Notes under the pieces: model-generated | The model's database searches: none | Told to the model about the DNA's origin: nothing | The model's input: the letters and a program-made list of their open reading frames with translations, nothing else | Shown here: positions 1 through 8,688 of the stretch, in pieces | How the letters are laid out: every line of letters begins with the position of its first letter | Position numbering within the stretch: position 1 is the stretch's first letter | Origin: an uncultured virus (IMG/VR IMGVR_UViG_3300005672_000033) | Taxonomy: Duplodnaviria > Heunggongvirae > Uroviricota > Caudoviricetes | Strand: one strand, 5' to 3' | Virus record (IMG/VR): IMGVR_UViG_3300005672_000033 | DNA: 32,909 nt | Made by a program: the position numbers and the translations under genes

Positions 1-2
1 CG

Positions 3-245
3 CGGCCGACGGGCTTCCGACTGCTCCGCAACGGGGCGGTCATCAAGGAGTTCACCTGCCCGATGTGCCCGGAGCGGACCTGCCTCTGCCCGCACTACGC
101 GTGGGAGGACGGCAAGCGCGAGGCCATGCGCTCGGGCGGGCGGATCACGCTCGAGACGTTCGAGGGCGTGAAGCTCTCAGAGCGGCAGGGAACGAAGGTG
201 GGGACCATTCCGAAGTCTTGGCTGCAGGAGGACGAAGGTGAATGA
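3..245 (+). CDS. Hypothetical Cys-rich protein, 5'-truncated
   Basis: Frame is open from the window edge (RPTGFRLLRNGAVIKEFTCPMCPERTCLCPH...). Stop overlaps the next start. Confidence 0.55.
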   Translation, partial: RPTGFRLLRNGAVIKEFTCPMCPERTCLCPHYAWEDGKREAMRSGGRITLETFEGVKLSERQGTKVGTIPKSWLQEDEGE

Positions 246-621
246 CCAGCTGGCGAAGGGCTTGAGAGCCCAACAAGAGGCGCGCGAGGCAATCGCAGGC
301 CTCGCCGATTCAATCGATCGGTTCGAGAAGGTGCGGAAGGACTACGCGCCGCTCGCCGATCTGCTCGAGGAGGCGTGCAAGCGCAGCGGCCTCGACAAGC
401 GCGCCACCGTCGAGCTCGCGCTGCGCAGCTACGTGGAGGCGACGACGGCCGTTTCTCGTGAAACGGTGCCCGAGGAGACGCTGGAGATAGCGCGGGACCT
501 GCGGGAGGCCTTCGACGCGTTGTCCGGCGGCGACCAGTTCGATTCCTACAAGGTGACTCTCTCCAATGCAGAGGCGCGTTTGATCGTACTGGCGCTCTCC
601 GGCCTCCTGGAGGACCGATGA
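238..621 (+). CDS. Hypothetical phage protein
   Basis: 127 aa helical-looking ORF with high GC3; stop coupled to next ATG (ATGA at 618-621). Confidence 0.7.
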   Translation: MNDQLAKGLRAQQEAREAIAGLADSIDRFEKVRKDYAPLADLLEEACKRSGLDKRATVELALRSYVEATTAVSRETVPEETLEIARDLREAFDALSGGDQFDSYKVTLSNAEARLIVLALSGLLEDR

Positions 622-980
622 GCGGCGCGATGTGGGCCATCGTCGAGATCATGGGGCATCGGCAACGCGCAGGGCGCCTCACCGAGGTGCAGCGGTTCGG
701 CGCGGCCATGATGCAGATCGAAATCCCGCTCGGCGACGCCGACGCCGACGGGTACCGCTCGGAGTACTACTCGGGCGGCAGCATCTTCGCGTTCCGCGAA
801 TGCACCGAGGAGCAAGCGCGGCGCTTCGCCAAGTTCATCGCGCCGCCCGAGGAGCAGCGGCTGCTGCCAGCGTCGAGCGAGGACGCTGGAGAGGTCGATG
901 ACGCCGAGGTGTCGCCCGTCGACGGCCTGGACGAGCCCGGCTTCGACGAGCCGACCTTCGAGCCTGGAGGTGAATCGTGA
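618..980 (+). CDS. Conserved hypothetical phage protein
   Basis: WAIVEIMGHRQRAGRLTE..FGAAMMQIEIP resembles a recurrent small phage family; acidic tail; coupled at both ends. Confidence 0.75.
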   Translation: MSGAMWAIVEIMGHRQRAGRLTEVQRFGAAMMQIEIPLGDADADGYRSEYYSGGSIFAFRECTEEQARRFAKFIAPPEEQRLLPASSEDAGEVDDAEVSPVDGLDEPGFDEPTFEPGGES

Positions 981-1903
981 GCTCCATCCAGGAACGCATC
1001 GCTGCGATCCCGCTCGAGGCGCTCGACCGCGTGGAGAAGGTCATCACGCATGCAGGCTGCCCTGACGGGATCGCGAGCGCGATGCTGCTCCGACGCGCGC
1101 TGCCCGAGGTCCCGATCGAGTTCGTCTACCACGGCACGCCGGAGCATCGGCAGCGGCCGTGCGCCGCGCTCTTCTGCGACTTCTCACCGCCGGCCGAGAA
1201 CGCTCAGGAATGGGTCGATGCTGGCGCCATCGTTCTCGACCACCACGCCACCGCGAGGTCCGTGGTCGAGCTCTTCCGTGATCGGGGTGTGTACGCCGAC
1301 GAGGTGTCCGATCCCGGCTACTCGGGCGCGATGCTCGCGCTCGCGCTCATGGAGTGGCGCGGCTTCTACTCGCTCCAATCGCGTGAGTTTGCTCGCCTCG
1401 CGGGGATCCGGGACACGTGGCAGAAGGACCATCGCGACTTCGAGCGGGCGTGCTGGCAGGCGTCGGCTCTCACGTTCTTCCCCGTCGGTGACCTCATCCA
1501 GCAGCCCCCATACCTGTCGGGGGACCAGATCGGTGTCGGCCGGCTCATCTACGAGCGCCGCCGCACCAAGGCCGTCAAGCTCGCCTACGAGCTCGAGGGC
1601 TACCGGGACGGGCCCTACGAGTTCCTGCTCTTCAACGACAGCCTCGACAAGCTCACCAGCGACGTGGGTGAGGCGGTCCGCACGGTCCGGCCCGACTACC
1701 ACTTCGTCGCCGGGTTCTTCTACACGGACAGCGGCCAGCTCGTCTTCTCGCTCCGGTCAGTCGCTGATGGCTGCGACGTCGCCCGGATCGCAAAGGCGAA
1801 CGGCGGCGGCGGCCACACCCGCGCGGCGGGGTTCCAGGCTGAGGAGGGCTTTGTCGACGCTCCGATCGAGGCGTTGCGGCGCGCCCTAGGGAGGGTGTCG
1901 TGA
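977..1903 (+). CDS. DHH/DHHA1 family phosphoesterase (NrnB/oligoribonuclease-like)
   Basis: Motifs HAGCPDG, CDFS, VLDHH, RDTW, SLRS and GGGGHTRAAGF in canonical order; GGAGG upstream of GTG. Confidence 0.9.
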   Translation: MSSIQERIAAIPLEALDRVEKVITHAGCPDGIASAMLLRRALPEVPIEFVYHGTPEHRQRPCAALFCDFSPPAENAQEWVDAGAIVLDHHATARSVVELFRDRGVYADEVSDPGYSGAMLALALMEWRGFYSLQSREFARLAGIRDTWQKDHRDFERACWQASALTFFPVGDLIQQPPYLSGDQIGVGRLIYERRRTKAVKLAYELEGYRDGPYEFLLFNDSLDKLTSDVGEAVRTVRPDYHFVAGFFYTDSGQLVFSLRSVADGCDVARIAKANGGGGHTRAAGFQAEEGFVDAPIEALRRALGRVS

Positions 1904-2088
1904 GCGCCCCGAAGGAAGCGAACGTGGCGCTCCAGCGTGAGGTCCTTGAAGACCTCGTTTCGTTTGCGGAGTCTCCGGTGGCCAAGAAGCTCTTCAGGGA
2001 GGCCAAGAGCCTCGGGGCGATCTGCTTCTACCTCCGCACCCAGGGCCGGCACCGCGGCTACGTCGAGAAGCAGGGGTGGCCATCGTGA
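1900..2088 (+). CDS. Small hypothetical protein
   Basis: 62 aa; GTGA overlaps at both ends; GGAGG upstream. Confidence 0.6.
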   Translation: MSAPKEANVALQREVLEDLVSFAESPVAKKLFREAKSLGAICFYLRTQGRHRGYVEKQGWPS

Positions 2089-2684
2089 GCGCGCTTGGGC
2101 CGTCGCCCCTCGAGCTGATGCCAACGGACGCCGGACGCGTGCCGGACGACTTCTACGCCACGCCCGCGCGCGACGTGGAGGCGTTCCTCGATACGGCAGG
2201 CATCAACGTTCGCGGACTGCATGTGTTCGAGCCGAGCGCTGGAGACGGCGCCATTCTGGCCGTCTGTGACGATCGCGGCGCGACGACCCTCTCAGGGATC
2301 GAGATGGACGCAAAACGGGCTGCCGTGTGCGCATTCCGGGGATTCGACGTGCGCCAGGGGGACGCGCTCACGGAGGTGTGGGGGAAAGCAGACCTGCTGA
2401 TCGGCAACCCACCGTTCAACCTGGCCCTCGAGTTCGCGGAGCGCGCTGCAGCGTGGGCCGAGATGCATCGGAAGCCGGCCGCACTCCTCCTGCGGCTCGC
2501 CTTCCTCGAGAGCAAGAAGCGCGCGGCCTTCCACGCCGAGCATCCGAGCGATCTCTTCGTCCTGTCCGAGCGTCCGAGCTTCAGGCGCGACCGGAAGGGG
2601 ACGGACTCGTCGGCCTACGCCTGGTTCGTCTGGAGCCCGTTGGCGTCGCGGAGGTGGACCGTGATCCCGCCGAGGGCCGAATGA
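2085..2684 (+). CDS. SAM-dependent DNA methyltransferase (N6-adenine type, phage family)
   Basis: DFYATP, EPSAGDGAI (motif I), IGNPPF (catalytic motif IV), LLRLAFLES, AYAWFVW. GTG at 2085 overlaps the upstream TGA. Confidence 0.88.
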   Translation: MSALGPSPLELMPTDAGRVPDDFYATPARDVEAFLDTAGINVRGLHVFEPSAGDGAILAVCDDRGATTLSGIEMDAKRAAVCAFRGFDVRQGDALTEVWGKADLLIGNPPFNLALEFAERAAAWAEMHRKPAALLLRLAFLESKKRAAFHAEHPSDLFVLSERPSFRRDRKGTDSSAYAWFVWSPLASRRWTVIPPRAE

Positions 2685-4423
2685 TCTCGCTTCGGGACTA
2701 CCAAGAGAACGCCCTGCAGGGGCTCCTCGATGCGCTCAAAGGGCATCGGTGCGTGCTCTACACCTCGCCGACCAACAGCGGGAAGACGGTCGTGCTCGTG
2801 GCGCTGGTGCTTGCCCTGCGGAAGGGCGATCCCCACCTCTCGGTCCTGTGGTTTGCGCACACGGCCGAGATCGTCGAGCAGACCGTGCAGGGCCTCATCG
2901 CGTCTGGCATGCCCGAGGAGCTGATCGGCGTCACGATGCGGGACGACCCCCGCTACAACCCGACCGCGCCGGTCCAGGTCGGCACGGTGCAGACCCTCCG
3001 GAGGCGCGACCTTCCAGGGGTCGAGCTCGTCATCGTCGACGAGGCGCACCACGCCACCGCGGCAACCTATCAGGCGCTCCTGAAGGCCTATCCGTTAGCG
3101 TGGATCGTCGGTGCAACGGCGTCGCCGTTTCGGACGGACGGCCGCGGGCTTCGCGAGGCGGGGTTTGAAGAGCTCGTGGTCGGCCTGCAGCCTGCAGAAC
3201 TTGTCGAACGCGGGTGGCTCGCGCCGGTGACGACCTACTCCGTGGCGCCCGAGTTCCTGCCTGATCTCAAGGGCGTCCGTACCAAGGCGGGCGAGTACCA
3301 CCAAGGCGACCTAGAGCCGCGCGTTTCGCAGGCTCGGCTCATAGGCCCGGTCGTCGATCTCTGGGAGAAGCACGCCAAGGGCGAGCGCACGGTCGTCTTT
3401 TCCGTCGGCCGGAAGCACGGGCGGCTGCTCGCGGAGGCGTTCGCGAAGAGGAAGATTCCGGTCGGCTACCTCGATGGCGAGACGCCGCGCCGTGAGCGTC
3501 ACTTGCTGCTGCAGCGGTTCACCACGGGGCAGATCCGGGTGCTGGTGAACCCGCAGACGATCGTGGAGGGGCTCGACGTTCCACACGTCCGGTGCGTCGT
3601 CGTTGCCAGACCCACCCAGAGCATGGGCCTTTGGTGGCAGATGACCGGCCGGCTCCGTGTCAAGAAGGGCGAGGCGCTTGTCCTGGATTGTGCAGGGAAC
3701 GCCTATGCGCATGGCACGCCGCAGGAGGACCGCGAGTTCTCGTTGGACGCGCCGCCGCGACGCAAGGGCGGACCGGCTCGGGTGAAGTGCTGCCCGGTCT
3801 GTTCACGGCTCGTGCCGCTGGTTGCGAGCACGTGCGAATGCGAGCACGTGTTCTGGGTCGGGGAGATGCCGGCGGAGATCGCCGGCGAGCTAGTGCCTAT
3901 GCGGCCGCCCGTCGAGTGCGAGCTGTGTTCGGCGCCATTTGATCGGCGGGCCAGCGCCATGATTCTGGCGGGCAAACGACGACGACTTTGTCGAATGTGC
4001 AAGCGAAAGCCGGCCCTGGTCTGTGCCGATTGCGGCGGCGCCATTTCGCGGAACGCCATGAGCGCGAGTGCGCGCGCGGCTCGCAGCAATGCCCCGGCTC
4101 GATGCCTACGATGTGTAGGGCTCGCCCCGAAGCCGCGTGCCCCGTGCAAGGATTGCGGCGGTCCATGTTCTTCGAGAACGACGCTCGACTCTGCAAAGTC
4201 CGGTCGGCCGCCCCAATGCATCAAGTGTTATCGGCGAGCGCGTCGCGTCCCGAAGGTGTGTCCTGACTGCGGGGCGGCGACATCTGGTGGAGGGAAGCGA
4301 TGTCGCCCATGCGGTATGGCCGTCGTTGCCGACAAGCACAGGCGGCGCCTACAAGGGACCGCATTGGGTCTCGCACAGGCGCTGCGTCTTCGGGACGTTA
4401 ACAAGGCGCGGTGTGCGTCATGA
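2681..4423 (+). CDS. SF2 DEAD/DEAH-box helicase with extended C-terminal zinc-ribbon region
   Basis: True start MISLRDYQ at 2681 (ATGA coupling); SPTNSGKT, DEAHH, ATASPFRTDG, EGLDVP, QMTGR; many CxxC pairs in the C-terminus. Confidence 0.93.
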   Translation: MISLRDYQENALQGLLDALKGHRCVLYTSPTNSGKTVVLVALVLALRKGDPHLSVLWFAHTAEIVEQTVQGLIASGMPEELIGVTMRDDPRYNPTAPVQVGTVQTLRRRDLPGVELVIVDEAHHATAATYQALLKAYPLAWIVGATASPFRTDGRGLREAGFEELVVGLQPAELVERGWLAPVTTYSVAPEFLPDLKGVRTKAGEYHQGDLEPRVSQARLIGPVVDLWEKHAKGERTVVFSVGRKHGRLLAEAFAKRKIPVGYLDGETPRRERHLLLQRFTTGQIRVLVNPQTIVEGLDVPHVRCVVVARPTQSMGLWWQMTGRLRVKKGEALVLDCAGNAYAHGTPQEDREFSLDAPPRRKGGPARVKCCPVCSRLVPLVASTCECEHVFWVGEMPAEIAGELVPMRPPVECELCSAPFDRRASAMILAGKRRRLCRMCKRKPALVCADCGGAISRNAMSASARAARSNAPARCLRCVGLAPKPRAPCKDCGGPCSSRTTLDSAKSGRPPQCIKCYRRARRVPKVCPDCGAATSGGGKRCRPCGMAVVADKHRRRLQGTALGLAQALRLRDVNKARCAS

Positions 4424-5100
4424 AGCCCGCCGATCTATTCCCGCGCGTGCTCGCGCTCGATCCGGGTGCGACGCGCACCGGCGTCGCCGCCATTGGACTG
4501 TCCCCCATGGGATGGGGACATATCATTTTCGGTGGCCACCTTGAGAACGACGGCCCCGAGATTCACGCATGGCTCCGCGCGGCGTGCCTCCCGCTAGAGG
4601 CCGGCGGTCTTGATTGCCCGATCGCCGTCGAAGAGATCGTTGGTGAGGTGTACAAGGGCCGAACCGGCGCGCACCTGATGGAGGCCTGCAAGGCCGAGGG
4701 GGCGTTCGTCGACTTCGCGCGGCGGCAGCTCGCCACCTTGTACCGAATCCCGGCGCGTACCTGGCGCGCCGAGCTCTGCCGGGCCCAGGGCGCCAGCGAC
4801 GCACAGGTGCGCATCGCGATCGAGGGATGCTTCAAGACGATCCCGCCCATGAAGGCGGAGGTGCGACCACACGTATACGACGCCGCTGGCCTTGGGCTGG
4901 TGGTGCTCGCTAGGTACGGGGGCCGGACCCTGCGGCTGCCGCCGGCGGTGGAGGCGGCGATCCACCTGCAGCGTGAGCGCGAGAGGGTGGCCCGAGCAGA
5001 GCGCAAGGACGAGCCCAAGGCGAAGCGGGTCCTGTCGCGACGGCAGCGAGAGCGGAAGAGCGAAGCGTCGAAGAGAGCGTGGGCGGAGAGGAGGACGTGA
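4420..5100 (+). CDS. RuvC-like Holliday junction resolvase
   Basis: VLALDPGATRTGVA, IAVEE and HVYDAAGL match the RNase H-fold RuvC acidic motifs; basic C-terminal tail; ATG overlaps helicase stop. Confidence 0.75.
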   Translation: MKPADLFPRVLALDPGATRTGVAAIGLSPMGWGHIIFGGHLENDGPEIHAWLRAACLPLEAGGLDCPIAVEEIVGEVYKGRTGAHLMEACKAEGAFVDFARRQLATLYRIPARTWRAELCRAQGASDAQVRIAIEGCFKTIPPMKAEVRPHVYDAAGLGLVVLARYGGRTLRLPPAVEAAIHLQRERERVARAERKDEPKAKRVLSRRQRERKSEASKRAWAERRT

Positions 5101-6134
5101 TGTCGGAGGCAAATCTCGCGGTGATGCGGTTCGATGGTGACGACCTCGAGGTTGTCGAGCTCGATGGCGAGGGATGGGTCAGCTTCGGGAGCCTTCTGGA
5201 GCCCTTCGGAAAACGGGTCGACGGCTACACCGGCCTGCTCGAGGGCTGGGCGCGGACCCGTGTCGAGCGACTCACGTCTAGGACGGGAGTGAACCGAGCC
5301 GTCACCCTCGTCCACTTCGAGGACGCCCCGCTCGCAATCGCGCGGCTCGACCGGCGCGGGATGGAGGACGACGTCAAGGCGAAGCACTCCCGCTACCTCC
5401 GGGCGTGCGCACAGGCACTAGCCGAGCACTTCGGCCTACGCCGACGTCAATTGGCACCAAACGACACCTGGGCCGTGCTCCAGGCGGCCGCGTCCGCGAC
5501 GCTCGAGCTCAAGGGACGGGTCGAGACGGTCGAGCAGCGCCTCGCCGCCGCGGAGCGAAGGGTCGACCAGGCCGTCCAGCTCGCCGGCGCCAGATCGGTC
5601 ATGGACGCCGTCGTCGACCAGACCGCTCCGGGGCGGGCCACCGAGACGCCGGACGGCGCCTTCGCGCGCCGCGCCCGCGACGGGTGGCGATCGATGCGTT
5701 CGGTCGCGCGTCGCTTCGGTCTCCCGCGTGAGGATGAGGGGGCGTGCCTCGTGGCGAAGATCGCCCGCGCGCTCGGCCTCTTCGAGCGGGCGGAGCTGTT
5801 CGATCACCAGGCCGTCGTGATCGGTGGCCGCACGAAGAACGATCACCGGCTCTACGGGCCCGCCGCGATCGAGCTCCTCGACAAGCCGCTTCGGGCCGCG
5901 CACGCGAGCATGATCGAGCTCGGCTACGCCGTGACCGAGGGCGGGGCGATGGTGGCGCGCCGCGACCAGGTGCGGTCGAAGGCCTGGGTGGTAGGCAGAA
6001 TGTTCGACGCCGCCCTCGAGGTCGGTGCGCCCCCGCGCGAGCCCGGTGGGGCCGCGCCAGACCAGAGCGGCTCGGCGGCGCCGGCGCCGGGCGACGCGGG
6101 CCAGCAGGCGATCCCGTTCGGCAAGGCGAGCTGA
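5100..6134 (+). CDS. Antirepressor-like DNA-binding protein (P22 Ant N-terminal-like domain plus coiled coil)
   Basis: N-terminus MRFDGDDLEVVELDGEGWVSF and ...YLRACAQALAEHF resemble the antirepressor N-domain; central coiled coil; GAGGA upstream. Confidence 0.6.
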   Translation: MSEANLAVMRFDGDDLEVVELDGEGWVSFGSLLEPFGKRVDGYTGLLEGWARTRVERLTSRTGVNRAVTLVHFEDAPLAIARLDRRGMEDDVKAKHSRYLRACAQALAEHFGLRRRQLAPNDTWAVLQAAASATLELKGRVETVEQRLAAAERRVDQAVQLAGARSVMDAVVDQTAPGRATETPDGAFARRARDGWRSMRSVARRFGLPREDEGACLVAKIARALGLFERAELFDHQAVVIGGRTKNDHRLYGPAAIELLDKPLRAAHASMIELGYAVTEGGAMVARRDQVRSKAWVVGRMFDAALEVGAPPREPGGAAPDQSGSAAPAPGDAGQQAIPFGKAS

Positions 6135-6140
6135 GCTCCG

Positions 6141-6443
6141 GTGAGCGGGACCATCTACTTCATCGGCCCCTGGGGCTTCAAGGTCGTCAAGATCGGCTTC
6201 GCCACGAGTTGGCGGAAGCGGCTGCATTCGCTCCAGATTGGGAACCCGGAAGAGCTGAAGCTCTACGCCCTGATTCGAGGCACACAGGACGAAGAGAAGG
6301 CGTTGCACGAGCGCTTCGCCGACCGTCGCATTCGTGGTGAATGGTTCGATCACCTCGGCACGGTCAAGGCGTACCTCACCGAGCTCCGCTCCAATCCGCT
6401 GACGATCTACCACCGCGCGAACGCTCAGAGGGAGCCTCGATGA
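6141..6443 (+). CDS. GIY-YIG superfamily protein (T5orf172/MUG113-like)
   Basis: IYFIG, VKIGF, RLHSLQIGNP, EKALHERF and RGEWF motifs. Confidence 0.88.
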   Translation: MSGTIYFIGPWGFKVVKIGFATSWRKRLHSLQIGNPEELKLYALIRGTQDEEKALHERFADRRIRGEWFDHLGTVKAYLTELRSNPLTIYHRANAQREPR

Positions 6444-7387
6444 GGTGGGAAGACGAGGCCTACGTCCGGGTCTATCTGCGGGACACGCCCGAGTTCTGCG
6501 CCCTGTCCTGGGAGGCGCGCTCGCTCTTCTGGGAGCTCATGCGGAAGGTGGACCGAGCGGGCGTCATCCTCGTCGGCAAGGCTGGCATCCGGGGCCTGGC
6601 GGGCCTGGTGCGCATGCCGATCGAGGTGGTCGAGCGAGCTCTGCACGGGCAGGACGGGCTGCTAGCCGACGGCTGCGTGGTCGCCATCGAGGGCGGCTTC
6701 ATCATCCCAAACTACATCCCGGCCCAGACCGCGAAGCAGTCGGACAAGGCTCGGAAGCAGGAGCAGCGAGCTCGGGAGCGCGCTCGCCACCTCGGAGAGC
6801 CGAAGGACAAGGCGGACGCGGTGCTGAAAGAGGGACAACCGGTCACGCACCGTGACACGTCCTCACAAGACGTGACCGAACGACACGAGGACGCGGAGCG
6901 CGTCACGCGCGGTCACACCGAGTCACACGCGGTCACTCTGAGCTTAGCTGAGCGTAGCGAAGCTAAGCAGATCTCGATCTCTGATCCCCCCGAGAACCCG
7001 AACCCAGCTCCGGCGGCGGCGGCGGCTGCGCGGGGCCTGATCGAGCATCTCGTGGCGGCTCTCGCGAGGCGCGCCGAGACCCGTCCGATCGCGCGGGCCA
7101 ACTGGGCGCGCTCGCTGCTCGCTGGCGAACCCGTGACGGCGGCGGACATCGACGAAGGCGTTGCGTGGGCCGCCAACACGCTCGCGCTCGACGCTGCACC
7201 AGGCGGGGGCGCGGCGCTCACAGACCGGGCGATCGCGGACCGAGTCAAGTCGGGGCTCATCGGCGCGCCGAAGAGGCGCCGGAACGCGGCCACGCGTGCC
7301 GGGCCAGGTCCTCGCGGCGCGCCCGTCCCCCGCCAGGTCTCACCTGAGGAGTTCGGCGAGGACGGCGGCTGGGGGGCGTCGCGATGA
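6440..7387 (+). CDS. Putative replication initiator (lambda O/DnaD-like organisation)
   Basis: Start MRWEDEAYVRVY at 6440; N-terminal HTH-like region, RKQEQRARER basic stretch, central repeat-rich linker; directly followed by a DnaC-like ATPase. Confidence 0.7.
   Translation: MRWEDEAYVRVYLRDTPEFCALSWEARSLFWELMRKVDRAGVILVGKAGIRGLAGLVRMPIEVVERALHGQDGLLADGCVVAIEGGFIIPNYIPAQTAKQSDKARKQEQRARERARHLGEPKDKADAVLKEGQPVTHRDTSSQDVTERHEDAERVTRGHTESHAVTLSLAERSEAKQISISDPPENPNPAPAAAAAARGLIEHLVAALARRAETRPIARANWARSLLAGEPVTAADIDEGVAWAANTLALDAAPGGGAALTDRAIADRVKSGLIGAPKRRRNAATRAGPGPRGAPVPRQVSPEEFGEDGGWGASR
6832..6985 (+). repeat. Iteron-like array; candidate replication origin
   Basis: Pentamers at exact 10-bp phase: GGGAC 6832, GTCAC 6842, GTGAC 6852, CTCAC 6862, GTGAC 6872, GACAC 6882, GTCAC 6902/6912/6922/6932; then six AGCnn units at 6941-6970. 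Confidence 0.7.
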
Positions 7388-8067
7388 TGGGCCTCCGCGA
7401 TGTGCTCGAGCGCGCCGCGCAGCTCCACGGCTTCGAGGTGCAGGTGCCGGCGAACCCCGGCCGCCCCGCGCCGCCCGCCGAGGACGTCGCCGAGGCTGCA
7501 GCCGTGGCGGCTCGCGTCCGCGCCCGGGGGACGAAGGGCAGGGCGCTGGACACCATCCCCGCCGAGTTTCGCTGGTGCAGGTTCGACGCCCCGGAGCTCT
7601 ACAAGCGCTGCGACGCCACGGCGGCGAGATTCGCGCGCGACAGCGAGCGCGCGGTCATCACGACCTGCGTCGGGCCGGCGCGCAGCGGCAAGACGAGCGT
7701 CGCCACCGCGCTCTTCGTCGACCGGCTCGACCAGGCGACGCCGCCCACGGGCCTCTGGGTCGCCGCGAACGACATGATCGTGGAGGCGGTGCGCGAGAGC
7801 CGCCTCGGGAACGAGCCACCGCTGCTCGAGCGCGCGCGCCGCGTCTCGGTGCTGCTCGTCGACGAGCTCGGGGGCGAGCTCGCGGACGACACGAGCAAGA
7901 TGCTGGTCGAGCAGCTCGTCACGAAGCGCCACCGCGAGCACCTGCCCACCATCATCACGACGGGACTCAGGGACGTCGACTTGCCCAAGCGCTACAGCCA
8001 CACCGTCGTCGGCCGCATGGTCGAGGAGGGGCGGTCGCGCATCATCTCGTTCCGGGGCCGGCGATGA
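7384..8067 (+). CDS. DnaC/IstB-like AAA+ ATPase (helicase loader)
   Basis: Walker A GPARSGKT, Walker B LLVDELG, PTIITT, VVGRM; follows the initiator. Confidence 0.85.
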   Translation: MMGLRDVLERAAQLHGFEVQVPANPGRPAPPAEDVAEAAAVAARVRARGTKGRALDTIPAEFRWCRFDAPELYKRCDATAARFARDSERAVITTCVGPARSGKTSVATALFVDRLDQATPPTGLWVAANDMIVEAVRESRLGNEPPLLERARRVSVLLVDELGGELADDTSKMLVEQLVTKRHREHLPTIITTGLRDVDLPKRYSHTVVGRMVEEGRSRIISFRGRR

Positions 8068-8486
8068 CGAGCGACCAGCCCGACGACGCGCCGTGGTGGG
8101 CGAAGGGCGAGCCGCCGCCCCCGATCGAGCGGCCGTGGCGGTGCGCCAGCTGCGGCAGGGGCCCGGAGCCCGACCAGGACCGCGCAGCGGGCTTTTGCAA
8201 GGAGTGCGCGACGCGAGACGCCGAGGCGCGAAACGTCGCCCGGGCACGCCGCGAGCAGAACGAACGCTCCGAGCAGCTCGCGAAGCAGGCTCGAGAGGAG
8301 CGGAAGGCGGCGAAGGCCGCGAAAGGACGGGACGGTGGACCTTCGAAGACTGCGGACCAGGCTCTCCGAAGCGCTTTTCGAACTGGCGGTGCGGCTCGCG
8401 CCGTCCGTCCCGGCGCCGATGCTCGCGGCGCCCGAGCTGACCGCGGCGCCGTGGGGCGGGGTGACGGTCACGCACCTGAAGGCTGA
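8064..8486 (+). CDS. Hypothetical zinc-finger protein
   Basis: ATG at 8064 overlaps the ATPase stop; CASC...CKEC followed by a charged helix; 3' end overlaps the next ORF by 152 nt. Confidence 0.6.
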   Translation: MTSDQPDDAPWWAKGEPPPPIERPWRCASCGRGPEPDQDRAAGFCKECATRDAEARNVARARREQNERSEQLAKQAREERKAAKAAKGRDGGPSKTADQALRSAFRTGGAARAVRPGADARGARADRGAVGRGDGHAPEG

Positions 8487-8688
8487 GCCTGAGGCTGCGG
8501 TCGCGCCGCCGGCGCCGGAGCTCGTGTACGTCGCGGACCCCGCGAAGCAGCGCATCGCCGCCACGCTTCGGATGCTCGCCCACGATGTCGAGATCGGCGT
8601 GGCCAGCCGCTTCCAGGCGGTGTGGCACGGCGGGCCCTGTCCGATGCATGTCGTTGCCCACCTGCCACCGTCGGCGGGGGACGCGTGA
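8335..8688 (+). CDS. Hypothetical protein
   Basis: 117 aa; AAAGGA upstream; stop coupled to the next start (GTGATG). Confidence 0.55.
   Translation: MDLRRLRTRLSEALFELAVRLAPSVPAPMLAAPELTAAPWGGVTVTHLKAEPEAAVAPPAPELVYVADPAKQRIAATLRMLAHDVEIGVASRFQAVWHGGPCPMHVVAHLPPSAGDA

Noticed and set aside
1179..1202. TTCTCAC...GAGAACG resembling the operator
   Set aside because: Wrong spacing and inside a conserved coding motif.
2327..2680. N-terminal extension of the helicase in the ORF track (likewise starts at 6341, 7161, 22990, 27294, 31178)
   Set aside because: Overlaps upstream genes; coupled ATGA/GTGA or SD-supported starts downstream fit better.
2085..6443. Restriction-modification or defence island (methyltransferase, helicase, nucleases)
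   Set aside because: All are common phage replication-region families in a coupled operon; no cognate restriction subunit recognised.
6832..6985. Possible CRISPR array
   Set aside because: Units are 5-10 bp with no spacers and no cas genes; no CRISPR-like array seen elsewhere.
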